DNA of 63,574 bases, counting the filler, from Squatina squatina (Eukaryota): assembly GCA_031763465.1 (NCBI GenBank). It is 4 parts of 4 records of this genome, joined end to end, with 100 filler letters (N's around TTAATTAATTAA, not from the genome) between each part and the next. Parts side by side here need not be neighbours in the genome. Positions count along the whole stretch, not along the records: positions 13,654 to 33,549 come from JARFOE010000004.1; positions 33,650 to 49,565 come from JARFOE010000056.1; 2 more parts are not named here. One strand, written 5' to 3'. The position numbers were made by a program, and so were the translations under genes. Shown piece after piece: positions 27,885-41,960 of this stretch. Under the pieces are notes generated by a model that was not told the DNA's origin, ran no database searches, and saw only the letters and a program-made list of their open reading frames with translations. Every line of letters starts with the position of its first letter. Positions within the stretch are counted from its first letter, which is position 1.

Positions 27885-28760
27885 TAGAGATGCCAGTACA
27901 GAAAGAGCCCATTTTGTCAGTGCTGGCTCTTCAACTGGAGCTATCCACTCTCATCCCATTTCCATACACTTTTCCTGTATCCTTCTGTATTCTTTTCAAA
28001 TACTTATCTAGTTCTCTTTTAAATCTCTGCCTCAATAGCTACTCATGGTAAAGAATTCCATGTTGCAATAACCCTCTGTATGAAAACATTTCTTCTGACT
28101 CCCCCTTTTATTCTTCCAGTGATGACCCTGAGCCTGTGCACCCTTGTTACTGATTCACCAACAGTGAAAAATAATCGCTCATTAACTGGCTCTCTCAAAA
28201 CTTTTCATAATTTTGAAAACCTCTGAGATCCCATCCCCATTACCTTTCTCTGCTCCCATCAAGAAGCCCTACATTTTCAAGCCTTTCTGCATAAGTAGTA
28301 CACTCACTCTTTGCTGAATATCAATATCCAGAATTGCATGCACTGCTCTAACTGTAATGTAACCAATGTCTTGGATTAATTTACCATCACTTCTACACTT
28401 TTATAATCAATGCGCAGAATCACATTTGCCTTTCTCTGCCCTTTTCAGCCTGCACTTACACTTTTAAACCTCTTTGTATCTGCACCTCAGCTTCCTCCAG
28501 TCTGTTACAAATCTAACCATTTAGGACAATTTCCCTTCATTTTTCTTTTTCCCAAAATGTAGGGCTTCACTTTTTGCCGCGCTGAACTGTACATGCCCAT
28601 TCCACTCACCTGTCTTTCTATCTGAAGTTTATGGTTAACGTCTCGGCTAACTCCTCTCCAAATTCCTTCAGAGTTTTGTGATGCAAACCATTTGAGCACG
28701 ATGACTTTCTGCTTTTAGTCATTTTGAATATTTACCTCCAGTAGAGGCTGTTCCATATCC
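27885..28760 (-). mobile_element. Decayed CR1-like LINE 3' portion
   Basis: Tail catagagatgccagtacagaaa..., plus gaattccatgttgcaataaccctctg and ttttcataattttgaaaacctct CR1 ORF2 segments. Confidence 0.6.
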
Positions 28761-31261
28761 TGCTCAGATTATTCCACAGCCCCACTTTTTACCTTCCTCT
28801 GTCAAGCCTGAGGCAAAGTTCTTAATAAGTAACACTGCATTCCCTCGCTCTCAAGTATGACATCACTTCTTTTGTTTCTAAATGGTCCCTTCTCTTTTAA
28901 AAATGTTTTTATTTTATTTGCTTTTAAAAGCCTTTGTGATTTCCATGGTTTCTTTCACACATTCTCAGCCTTACTAATCTTGTATCTTGCTTCCCTGCCT
29001 TTTTATTTTTCTCTTGGCTTTCATCTGTAATATCCTCCCTGTATTTATCATATACTTCATTTTGTAGTGCCTTGCAATTGTACAGTGTCAGAGTGCACCT
29101 AGAATGATAATTTATAATGACAAATGACAAACGAACCATGATGAGTGCCTACTTTTAATGTTGTAGGTAACTTGTGTCTAATTAAAATTGAACCCATAAC
29201 ATGGAGTATTTCTTTAAAGGTGGCTGCCATTGAGTCAAAATGAACTACCTACCAGTAATCGTTTAGTTTTAAAGGGTGAAGTCAGTCATGACCAATGTGC
29301 AAAAATGTGTAGAGTGGTATTTATGTATGCTCTGTCAAGATATAAAGTTAGTTTTCTGGTAAAATGTGTGGTATTTTATGTGACTTTGTATCTGCATATA
29401 TATGTACCTTTTTTTCATAATGTTTTAAGCTTGTAAGATATTTCTGACTAGTAGTTGAGCCACCTGTAGTTCATAAAATACGTCTTCGAAGAGGGTGATA
29501 TACGGAATTGGTTGTATTTTAAGCATCTGTAGTTTGTTTAATAATAAGTAAAAAGGAGCAAAACAGGAAGACATTAAACCCAAAAAGGAAACATTTTGTT
29601 CTTCCTGCACATTTTGCCTGCCCCAGGATATTTCTTACTCAAAGGCAGATAGCCGTTAAATACACTAATTAAGAGGGGAGAGCAATAGGTTAATTATCTT
29701 GCAGTCTTTTAACTTCTAAGTATTTCAGCAGTTTATTGGATTTAATGCAGAAGCACATAATAAATTTTAAGTTTTTTATATATATATATTTAACACACTA
29801 GATGAACCCAATTCTTTGCCCTTATGGAATTTGTGTTAAATGTACAATTTGATTTAAGGCCTAAAAAGTGCTCCTAATGGAGACTTACATTTGGAAGCAA
29901 TAGCTCATGGGTGTTCGAATTCCAAAATCTTTAAACAGTTGAAATAATTTGTGTCAGGTGTGCGCCCACAGCCATATAACATGAATGCTGTGGACTTTGT
30001 ATGACTTAAAACCAAAAACCATATATGCAAAGAAAATTCACTGCTGAAAAATCACTACTGCTCCAGAAGAATGTTAAATGTCAGCCCACTTTTAATATGC
30101 CTTGATCTTGTTTTTATCTTGCAAGGTAAGTCCCAACAGCAAAATGCTGCTTATATATATTTATAGAAAATCCACTGCTTAGCTACCATAAAATTATTTT
30201 CATTACCTAAAACAAAACTTTTCACAATACATTTGCTTTCTATTTCAAGCAGAATTAATTGCAGTCGCATATCAATTCATTATAATCCTGCATATTAAAT
30301 TCCTGAGGAGCATCCTATTTAAAATGTCATGACAGCGCCCAATCCATTGATATGATGTATTTGTAGCACAATCTGTGATTATCTACCTCTGACCGGGGAG
30401 GCTGCTGAACTCACATTGGGATCTTCGTTATCCTTCAGATGCTCCTGCTGTCTCCAGATGCCTTTGAAGCATCACTTCCAGCCCTGGTTCACAGTCAGAT
30501 GATGGATGATAAAGAACTGGACAATATAAAAAGCAAGACTACAAAGCCTTAACTTGCACTAAACCATTTCTTCTTTATTAGCTGGAACAGCTATTGTAGC
30601 TGCATGACAGATCAGGGAAATAGTCCAAAAGCTTCTATACCCCCGCAGCTTGACAAAATATTTAGACTGCGTTCTTAAGAATTTATACTATCTTGACAGT
30701 TTATTAATATCATGCATTACAAAATGTATTGAAAAGCAGAAACAACAGAGACTCCTTTCTCAGATAACAACTTCATTTATGTGTATTTTACAGTTAAAGC
30801 TTATCTCTATTGTTTGTATCATCTATGACAGTTGATTTAAACAATGCCATGCAAAGTGCCATTAGTGAGCAAAGCCTTCACTTTTTTTCAGCGTCCTCAA
30901 ACTCAACATTAAGGGACTTTTGTGTCAGAAACATGTATATGTTCAGAACTGAGTCTACTTTATGCAAAAGACTGACAAAGGCATGGTATTGTATTGTTGA
31001 GACGGTTGTATAACAAAAAGGCTTAAGCTATAGCAATAGGGTAATAAAGTCCCATTCAAAACATTAGAGTGCCAAATTCTGACTCTCATTTTGAATTTGA
31101 TTTCTCTTATTGACCAACTTCTGCTCGCGAGTGTCTGCTAGAGGGGCAATTTTGTATAACAGAGCATTTCAGCTCAGTGGTCAAGAAACACTGGACCAGT
31201 CCCTCCTTATAGAAGTACTGATCAAACAAGGAATAAGATTAATAATGGTCAATGACTAGTT

Positions 31262-31350
31262 TACAGGATGTTCATCTATGCTAATGACAGTGCCTTTGTT
31301 ATTCAAGCAAGTAACTTTCCCACCCTGGAAACCACACTCACTAATATGAA
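31262..31350 (+). mobile_element. Short non-LTR RT fragment (Ingi/Vingi-like YADD region)
   Basis: FIYANDSAFVIQASNFPTLETTLTN resembles FIYADD...A.Q...F..LE..L. Confidence 0.45.
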
Positions 31351-33254
31351 ATTTACGATGGGGNNNNNNNNNNNNNNNNNNNNNNNNNNNNNNNNNNNNN
31401 NNNNNNNNNNNNNNNNNNNNNNNNNNNNNNNNNNNNNNNNNNNNNNNNNNNNNNNNNNNNNNNAATTCAGCTCAGACGAGGGTGTAGCAATTTCCCAAAT
31501 TAAATGGTTTTAGGCCACAATCACCCAGTTCCTAGTAGGTAGAAGCATATAACATCAATATGCCTTAAATTTGGCACGAATGGGTTGTCAGTAGTTTGGC
31601 AGTTTCATTGTAATGCACCACAGACCAGCATGTGAAGGAAATGAAAATGTCACAACACTGAAGCTGCCTTTCATGTAGATTATTGAGTAGTGGACCCAAC
31701 ACCGAGACTGCAAGGACTTCCCATAACAGGAGTCAAATTTAATAAGGAAATGAGTGAAACAGATTGGAATCTCATTAAAACATATTGAGCAACACATATT
31801 TTGGACAGTGAAATGCTAAACATTAAAAAAGAAATTGTGAGTGTCACTTCAAATCAGNNNNNNNNNNCCCAGAAGAGATTACTTTGTGCTGCTGCTGTAC
31901 ATAAACAAGGCAAAGCTTCTACTCTGTTCTCTCGGCCAGCCGAGAGGGTTAGCAGTGGAGTGCTGGATTCCCATTTTCATTCACCAGGGCAGAGTTCAAA
32001 CCAACTCTTGACTGCCTTTCCCACTTGATTCCACTCTGTAGGTAAGTTTGGCTAAGTTTTGGACTGGAAATGAGGCAGAGTATTGTGCGGCTACAGAATA
32101 CTCTTAACTCAGAGGTGAGTGGGAGGGCAGAAATGCTGGAAGAAGCTAATAGGGCCTCCCAACAAAGTGATGACAGGGCAACATTGACTAAGGAGTGTAT
32201 TCACAGTCTATATTTGAGTGCACTATTGTGGTGGGTAGTGATAGGCATAGAAAATGCAGTGAAACAAATATAGGAATACAAATTTAAAAGTAAGAGATTT
32301 TTATTCTTTTGTGTTGTCTTCCACAAATTTAGTACTGTAAACAAAGACAGATATTAACCTTCTCATATTGCATTCAGTTATCTACTTCTAACCATCACCT
32401 AGACACATGCATCTGTGACTTAATTAAGGCACAGATGTGGCATACAAGAGGTAAAACATGTTCCAAATAAGACTGTGATTTTTTTAGTCATCAGAACATA
32501 ATTGATTGGTAGTTGTCACAAAAAAGGCAAGTATCAGGCTCACGGAGCACAGATGAAAGAATACCTGGTGACTTTCCTTTGATGTCCCTTTTACATAAGT
32601 CCTTGGTAATACATATTGATGAACTCCAAATGGTCTTGCCTGAAGGGAGAAAGTACACTGCTTAACACACTCTTATAAATATTCATTAAAAAAGGACAGG
32701 AATCATTTTGTCAAGCGTGAAGTGAATAATTACAAATGTATGATTGCCTGGATCCATACATAATTGCTAAAACACAGGTACCGCTCCAGGATTTTAAAAA
32801 TGGGCTCTTCTTCTCAGTTGTATAAAAAGTAATTGGTGGTGTGGAGATGCTTCGCTAGAGAATTTTGTGCAGCATCTTCTGAATTTGCTGCACTTAAGAA
32901 CATTTTTATTTACTATTATGAACTTAATAGCAATTATTATGATGCTTTTCCCTTAGAATAAAACAAAGAAAAATGAAACCATTGGGCAACACCCTTACAT
33001 TTTCTTTTTTGGCCCAGCTCTGTAAAGGCCATATTTGCCAGGGTTAGATTATTGCCAACAAAGGGAATCCTATGAGGAAAGAAAAAGGAAATGTATTTCA
33101 AGCTCATTGGACTAATTGAAGCTGTGTTAATATTTTTACAAAAAGACTTATAAGCATAGGGTTACAGTTTCTCCGCCAACTAGGTACTAAATTAATACAC
33201 GGCCTCAGTTTTTACAGAAGAGTATAGCAGTGGAAATAAAAAGGTTCAAAAGTA

Positions 33255-33549
33255 GAAGGTGGAGCAATTAGATAAGGAATCAGTACTGAAGAAATTGCTG
33301 GAACTCAAAGTGGAAAAGGTGCCAAACCTATTCCTACAAAGATGATTGAAGTCAGAGAGGACATAACAGAGCCTCTGAGTACAATCATCCTTATACATGG
33401 AAGTGCCAGAGAGTGGGAGGGTTGCCAACCTAAAATCTCTGTTCAGGAGAAAGTAACAGAGGGATAACCAATAGATCAGACAGTCTAATATCGCTGGTGG
33501 TTAAGTTTTTAGAGGCCATAATACAGGATAAAATGAATCCTCGCTTGGA
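33255..33549 (+). mobile_element. CR1 ORF2 fragment (start of RT)
   Basis: Decayed VPE.WRVAN...LF / .R..SL.S.V.K.LE.II.DK segments; truncated by the linker. Confidence 0.65.
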
Positions 33550-33593
33550 NNNNNNNNNNNNNNNNNNNNNNNNNNNNNNNNNNNNNNNNNNNN

Positions 33594-33605
33594 TTAATTA
33601 ATTAA
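33594..33605. other. Artificial scaffold-joining linker TTAATTAATTAA
   Basis: Identical 44N-12mer-44N spacer (33550-33649). Confidence 0.95.
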
Positions 33606-34757
33606 NNNNNNNNNNNNNNNNNNNNNNNNNNNNNNNNNNNNNNNNNNNNGCGTGAGCCCACCTTGAGGTGCTGATTAACTGGATCGACTAAGCGACACCC
33701 CTCCAACATATGGCCACCCTTTGATAGGTTTGCTTTGTCACCAGGCTCCTTGTCAATCAACAGGCCCTGATTAATAAAACACAGCTCCCCTTTGAAAGGG
33801 GCTTCATTGCTCCCACTGAGTCAAGGGGCTGTGCCTGTGCAAGGGGAAAAGTAATGCATGAAACCAGGTACCCCACTGTCAATTAAACAAAGGTAAGATT
33901 ATAAAAGGCTTTGTTCTGGGGCTGTCTAATCCTGTTCAATAGGAGAGTAAATCTGTGTACAGGGTAATACCACTCCCACTGTATGTAAGAATGTATTAGT
34001 GGCAGAGAGTGAGATGGATAGCAAGTGCTGGGAGCTGTAATATATAGAGAGAGTTGTATGTATGTTTTAGCAAGTGGAGCATTTCAAATATTCTTTTTCG
34101 ATGGGGTTTGATTGCAAGTCTTTAATTTAATGTAATGACTAATGACTGTTGAATTGTTGCACTGAGCTAACTGGTCCAGGGGGGACTTTGCATCAAATTT
34201 TGGGGCATTTCTTTAATGAAAATGAGTTGGTGGGACTCACGGACAGTATAGACATCAGTTGGCAGCTCGATCTTGATTAAACCACTCAAGGGAGGTTTGA
34301 AGCAAGAGTCAGATTTCACACATGACCCCTCTTCCCCCTAAAAGTTTAATTTTTCATCCTTATACTATGCCTCTACCGCAGTATCTTGTTATATTGCACA
34401 GTGCTCGTGTACTTGGGAAATCACATGTCATGAGGAAACTGTTTTGATGTGTGTTGTGTTTATATTGGGTGATGTTTTGACTCACTGTGTAAGGGCCCAT
34501 CTATGTGGACAAGGATATTTAGGGCCTTGTGAAACCCTGCACTCATTTAGACAAGTAGGAAGTGATCATTTGTCTCTTGTGTAAGTGCTTTAGGAAGAGA
34601 AGAGAAACCAAACTGTGCTGGGAAGTGGTGAGCAAGCAAATGGATGTCTTGTCCAGATGATGTGTGGTTCATTAGTAAAATGGGCATGACATTGAGATAC
34701 TTTCAGTATATTCTGGTGATATAATGCTGTAGTGCTAACGGTGCAAATGTGCGTTGA

Positions 34758-35819
<1,062 letters not shown>

Positions 35820-36169
35820 TTTCAAATGTGAAAATTTTGACGACAAAAAAATGAATTGCACTTAATTTCCTTTCATCTTTCAGTGACCCCAATAGCAATG
35901 GGGTCGATTATTGTTTACAGTACACTTTTTCCAAATGGTTTCGAGTTTGAGTATTTGAATGTCAAGAGTGAAAGGTGTCAAGACTATTTAAAGGGGCATT
36001 GCCACATGAAACCTGTTCAAACTTTATTTTTCTGTTGGCCACATTTTGCGTTAAGGCAATCTTAATTGAATCCTGTAACCTGCCTGTGAAGTCAATATAA
36101 CCCAAATGGCATAGGTTCGTCTCAGCTGCTCTCCCTCTTCAACAATCGAGGCCATTCCTCTTTTATAGA

Positions 36170-36262
36170 ATATAAGAAATAGGACCAGGAGTCGGCCATT
36201 CGGCCCCTCGAGCCTGCTCCACCATTCAATGAGATCATGGCTGATCTGATTCTGGCCTCAAC
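36170..36262 (-). mobile_element. CR1/HER1-type LINE 3' tail
   Basis: taagaaataggaccaggagtcggccattcggcccctcgagcctgctcccaccattcaat, the reverse of the 13654 tail. Another copy lies at 38150-38295. Confidence 0.75.
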
Positions 36263-36909
36263 NNNNNNNNNNNNNNNNNNNNNNNNNNNNNNNNNNNNNN
36301 NNNNNNNNNNNNNNNNNNNNNNNNNNNNNNNNNNNNNNNNNNNNNNNNNNNNNNNNNNNNNNCCCGAGTGTGGAGATGGAAATTCACACCTGTCTGTTTC
36401 AGCTGCACTTACGGGTATTATTTTGCAACATTGCGTGGCGCCTTTCTAATGAAGCTTAATTAAAGCGCACAAGCAGATGCAGAGTCTGGCAGACGGAATC
36501 TCAATCGTTGCCTGGTGCTGACTGCGTGGCAGCCTCTGGGAGCTGTCTGGCGTCTGTCACCATCCCCTACCAGATGGCTGGGACTTTCTGGCAGTTTGAG
36601 GGTCTGATTTTACCATGTGTTTCATCTCAGTTTGTCAGATTGGGGCGTCATTATTTTAATTTATTTTTCAAGAGGAATTTTCCTGAGCACAGCTGTATTT
36701 TCTGTCACCTTCGACCTTCGCTGTTGACTAATTTATCAGCTCATTTGCCTTGTTTTCCATTCGCTGACACCACCTCCCCGGTAGGAGGGTCAGTCTGTCG
36801 GCAGTCACTCCTTCTCAGCATTTCACCCAGGAGGGGCTTCACCTCGTAACCTAAACAATGAGCCGGACAAATATCGGACTGTCCAGAGGTCACCTGGGTC
36901 AGTGACCCC

Positions 36910-36990
36910 ACAAACACACACCCACACACTCACTTAAACACTCTCACACACTCTCACTCTCACTCACTCACACATTCACTCACTCTCACT
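36910..36990. repeat. (CA)n/(CACT)n microsatellite
   Basis: Low-complexity cacactctcactcactca tract running into a gap. Confidence 0.8.
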
Positions 36991-39669
36991 NNNNNNNNNN
37001 NNNNNNNNNNNNNNNNNNNNNNNNNNNNNNNNNNNNNNNNNNNNNNNNNNNNNNNNNNNNNNNNNNNNNNNNNNNNNNNNNNNNNNNNNNCTACTAAGCA
37101 AACATGTGTATGCTCGTAAGCAACCAATACTCCGCATAATTCCTATTGTGATTAGATTAGAATTACATAAACTTTTCTCATAAAATAGTTTCGGCTAGGT
37201 ATGCAAAGTTATTTTTTCGCTCGATTACAAGTAATTCGGTACAAAAATCGAAGGAACATTTATATGAAACTATTTGATTCGATTGAATCTCAGTTTTAGC
37301 CTTTGTGTGTTTCAAATAGGAAGTTCCACAACAATAATTGAGATCAATTTGAAATCTTGTCTGCTTAGCCATGAATAACTTAAAATCGTTACTAACTCCT
37401 TGAACTTCTAAGGATCTCACGATTTGATGATTGGAAAATGTCATTAGGTACCAGCTTATAATTTTGGTAACACATCACCGTCTACATTAGAGTTCTATCA
37501 TGCCCGTTGCATAAATCATATGGTCTTTTTGAACATAGAATAACATTTTTTTTAATTAGAATACAATTGTATAGTTAAAGTAAGGTGATCTTGTAACTTC
37601 CCAATATAAAACGGAGTCACAATGACCAAAAGTAGATGTTAACTGTTGGGATAAGTCCATCAAGGATCAAAATGGACTAAAAATGTCAAAAACTATCATC
37701 GAACTATTAGTGCTTGATAGGGAAAGAGGTGCAATGATAAAAGGTCTATATGTAATCAACTCTTAATTTCACTGGCAACTTCTACAACATTGGAAAATGT
37801 GTCCATGCTTTTTTTTTTGTATAATCATACAACTAAACTCATATCATTAAATCCACATTGGCTATAACCACTATGCAAAAAGGTGAAAATACTGTCTGTT
37901 CAAGCGATGCACATGGCAAATTTCAGGAACAGTATGTGCAAACTGTCTTCTGGAGATCTCTTTAAATTGAAGATATAAAAACGGGTGAAGCCTCTTCAGA
38001 TATGTTAATTTTTTTTTTGAAATTGGAATGCTGACACTTTCCAATTAGGCAACAGTTCTTCATACCTGGAAAATATCAGAAACAGCAGCTAGTCACACAG
38101 AACCGGATAGATTCACATTTTTAAAAAAAGTTTAATAGAAAGAACACGAACATAATTAGGTCACACAACCCCTCGAGCCTGCCTCGCCATTCAATATCAT
38201 GGTTGATCTGATACTCGCCTCATCTCCACTTTCCTGCCTTTTCCCCATAACCCAAAAATCTGTCTCTCCAAGCCTTGAATAAATTCAATAACTCANNNNN
38301 NNNNNNNNNNNNNNNNNNNNNNNNNNNNNNNNNNNNNNNNNNNNNNNNNNNNNNNNNNNNNNNNNNNNNNNNNNNNNNNNNNNNNNNNNNNNNNNTTTCT
38401 AATCAAATCACAAAGAGAGTTATACAAGTCCTTTTTGGTATTTCTCTCAAAAGCCACCTTCTGAGGGAGAATTTAGGGTAAACGGTCTTATCAAGGGCTT
38501 AAAAAGCCAGAGCCTGCAGAAGTATTGAAGATTTTTTAAACCGGTTAAGCTTTCCACTGCAACATTTGGATTCCATGCCTGGTCTGCTGTTGCCTTGCCT
38601 TTCCCCTCCCTGCACTGCAGAACACTAGTTCCGCTTCTGGCCATTTCCTCCCATGCTGCTGGCAATTTTTTTTGCTCAAAAAAAATGCCTTTTTATGGAA
38701 ATGCATCTCCTGATTTAGAATTTCAAACAGCGAGGAATCCTCCGCAGGGAGTCAGCACAAGAGAATTTCTCTTTGTGCTCGAAATCCACTGGAAAAAACA
38801 ATTCAGCTGATGATGCAGCTCGGAGTAAACACAAAATTGCATGTTTACATTCTACAAGCAGGATCTTGGCTAACCCGAGGAGATCAGCTCAAAGTCAGAA
38901 TGACATCACTCACCAATTATCTTATTCTGTACAGTAGCCGCTTGGCGGATTCTCCTCTCCATGTAAGGTCATAAAACACAAACTGCATAAATTGAACAGG
39001 GGAAGGAAGGAATGGAACAGGGGAGGGAAGGAAAAGAACACTATGTTCACCACCTTGTTCTTGCAGATAAATTGATCTATCATCTTTTGAGATTATATAT
39101 GGGAACATTAAAACTAGCAGCCAAATTGCCAGGAGAATCTTCAGATGCAGAGGATAATTGGACCAAGGTATCCTTATTTTCCATTACAGATTTTTATGTC
39201 TACATTTCAAACAGAAACTACTTATGTAAAGTTAACACTGCAACTACACCCTCCCACTAGAGGATGAAGGAGATGTTGAAGGGGAGGGAGAGAAGCAGAC
39301 CCAGAAGCTTAAACTTTTCTTGTGCAAAATGAATTTCTAACAGTCAGTAACATGTTCTATGAATTCACAATTTCAAAAGCAAGCATTATTTGCCTTTATT
39401 CTTTCACTTTTAATTCTTAAGGGCTTCTCTCATATTACTTATTTGCAGCCCAAGAGATCTTGGATAGTAACTCATGAATGAATAATTACTCACTGAAACA
39501 GTATTGAATGGAAACAGTTTAATGGTAGAACTATAAAATGCAGTTGTGATGTGATCAATGCATTCCTTTTTGTTGTAGAGAATTCTGGGACTGGAATCCG
39601 ACGAACATATTTTTAAATTCCTTAAAGCGAAGTTTGGATTTGGAGCAACAAGGTAAAATTTTAATTTTT

Positions 39670-40080
39670 TTCTTCCTGTGATAATCTTTACCAATTTGCC
39701 AGTCATAGAAACAATCTTTCACTCTCCTCAAAACTTTCATGATTTTGAAAACCTCTATCAGATCCCCTTTTAACCTTTCCTGATAAATTGTGTAAAAAAA
39801 CAAAACAATTTTCAGCCTTTTATTCATAACTATGACCTCTTATTCCTGGTCTCATTCCAGTGCCCTATACCTACCTCTAACATCCTTCCTATATAGGGAT
39901 GCTCTTAACTGCACGCAGTACTCCAAGTGTAGTCTAATCAATGCCTTAAACAAACTTAATATTACTACCTTGCTTTATATTCAGTACCATTATGTATAAA
40001 ACCCAGAATCCCATTTGACCTTTTGATGTCCTTTCATTCCCAATTTTTAAGATTATGCATTTGCTGGATCTCTCTGTTCG
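39670..40080 (-). mobile_element. CR1-like ORF2 3' fragment
   Basis: aactgcacgcagtactccaagtgtagtctaatcaatgcctta reads on the reverse strand as KALIRLHLEYCVQL. The minus ORF also contains RLKGDLIEVFKIMK. Confidence 0.7.
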
Positions 40081-40610
40081 TCCAGTCTGTTAACAGCCTT
40101 AGGGCCCGAAATTCATGTGCGCCGCGCTCCCAACGCCTCAGCACAAAATAGCACCTCAATAGCGTTGCGATTGCCCGGGGGTTGCAGAATTTGACATTTT
40201 TTCAAAAATCCAGGCATGGTGTTGTCGCAGGCACTGAGAGCTGCAATTAGGTGCTGGAGGGGCGCTCTTGCGAATTCTGCAGCCAGTTTCATGTGACACA
40301 TCTCATTAATCAATTACATTGTCACTGCCTTGTTTCTCATAAAAGCTTGTGGGCTCAGAGTTCCACAGCTCAATGGGCTCACTGTTATTTGTGTGACCAN
40401 NNNNNNNNNNNNNNNNNNNNNNNNNNNNNNNNNNNNNNNNNNNNNNNNNNNNNNNNNNNNNNNNNNNNNNNNNNNNNNNNNNNNNNNNNNNNNNNNNNNA
40501 GTTTCCAACAGTCACAGATAGATTCAACAAATGTCACTGCGACAACTGGCTTGTTCTTTCAAACAAGAACTTTATCTAGCCGCAGTATTAGGATTTATGG
40601 TTTTGGTGCC

Positions 40611-41035
40611 AACCATGGCTCGCTGCTTGCACCCTCACCTTGGAGTCAGAAGGGTTGTAGATTCAAGTCCCTCCCCAAAAGTCTTGCCCACATAATCCAA
40701 GATGGCATTCCAAGTGTTACACAGATAGGTGCTACACACACCTTTTAGACGAGGTGTTAAACCCAAGCCCTCTCAGCTGGATGGATAGCTCCCATGGCAT
40801 TATTCAAAGAGCAGGGGAATTTTCCCAGGGTCCTGAACATCTCAGCCAGCATCACTTGGGCGGAAAAAAAAGGGTCATTTCGCTCATTGCTGATTGTGTG
40901 AGCTTGTGTGCAAATTGGCTTCTGCTTTTCTTACAGTGCAACAGTGGCTACATTTCAAAAATACTTTACTGCTGTGAAGCAGTTTAGGGCATCCCGAGTC
41001 TGTGAAAGAAGTTATATAAATGCAAGTTCTTTTTT
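40611..41035 (+). mobile_element. SacSINE1/DeuSINE-like SINE
   Basis: Head gagtcagaagggttgtagattcaagtccc; tail caacagtggctacatttcaaaa...tatataaatgcaagttctttt. Confidence 0.7.
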
Positions 41036-41419
41036 TTAAGCTTAGTAAATAGTATTTCAGTGCTTTGCTTATTCAGACTTTGTGGTGCTCATTTTTCTTC
41101 CTAATTTTATATTTAGAACATTAAAGTTGTAAGAAACTTTCCTTCCTTTTTTTTTGCCCGTACACACTTTTTTTAAAAAAAAATTAAAGAGGTAGCAATG
41201 CCTCATCAAAGCAAGGTTGATATAGGACTTAGTCACCAAGGAGGGGGCAAGTTGACTCATCCTCAGTGAAGCCAGCTCTCCAACTCTCCAACTCAGGGGC
41301 TGGGATCACCTGCTTCTCATCAGGTTTAAAATTACAAAATGTCAAGATTGATGAATCTGCAGCCAATATAAACTTTGTTTAAATACATACCCCACTATGT
41401 ATAGCATATATACTCTATT

Positions 41420-41960
41420 GAAGCACCATAGGAGTGCCCATATTCAGCCCATTGTGTGTACTGGCTGTGCAAGAGTAATTCTCTCCCTAGTCCTGCATTT
41501 CTCTTAGATACAAATAAATATTTATTCAACTTTCCTTTAAAGTCTGCCTCAGCCACTTCCTGCAGCAAAGCATTCCATGTTCCAACAACCTAATGCGCAA
41601 ACAAAACTTCTATTCTTTCTCAGTGTAAATTTTACATTGATAAATTATCACTGACTCCCTAACCAGGCGAAAGCCATTTCCTATCAAAACCCTTTATAAA
41701 TTTAAAAGAAAAAACACTTAAATCTTCTCAACTCCAGTGGAAATAGTCCCAGTATCACAACCCTATTCTCAGTCTCCCATCCCAGGCACATCCTGTTGAA
41801 TCTATGCTATATGGAGTCCTTTCTAAATGGGAAATCCCCTCCCTCAAAAACTGCACATGGTTCAAACAGTGGCCTAACCAGTGTTTTGTACAAATGTACT
41901 ACTTTATTTTTCCTCTTTACGTCTCGATATACAAAATCCAAAATGTTTTTGTTTTACATT
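41420..41960 (-). mobile_element. Decayed CR1-like LINE 3' portion
   Basis: Same motif order as 27885-28760 (gcattccatgttccaacaacc; aactgcaca...ggcctaaccagtgtttt). Confidence 0.55.
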
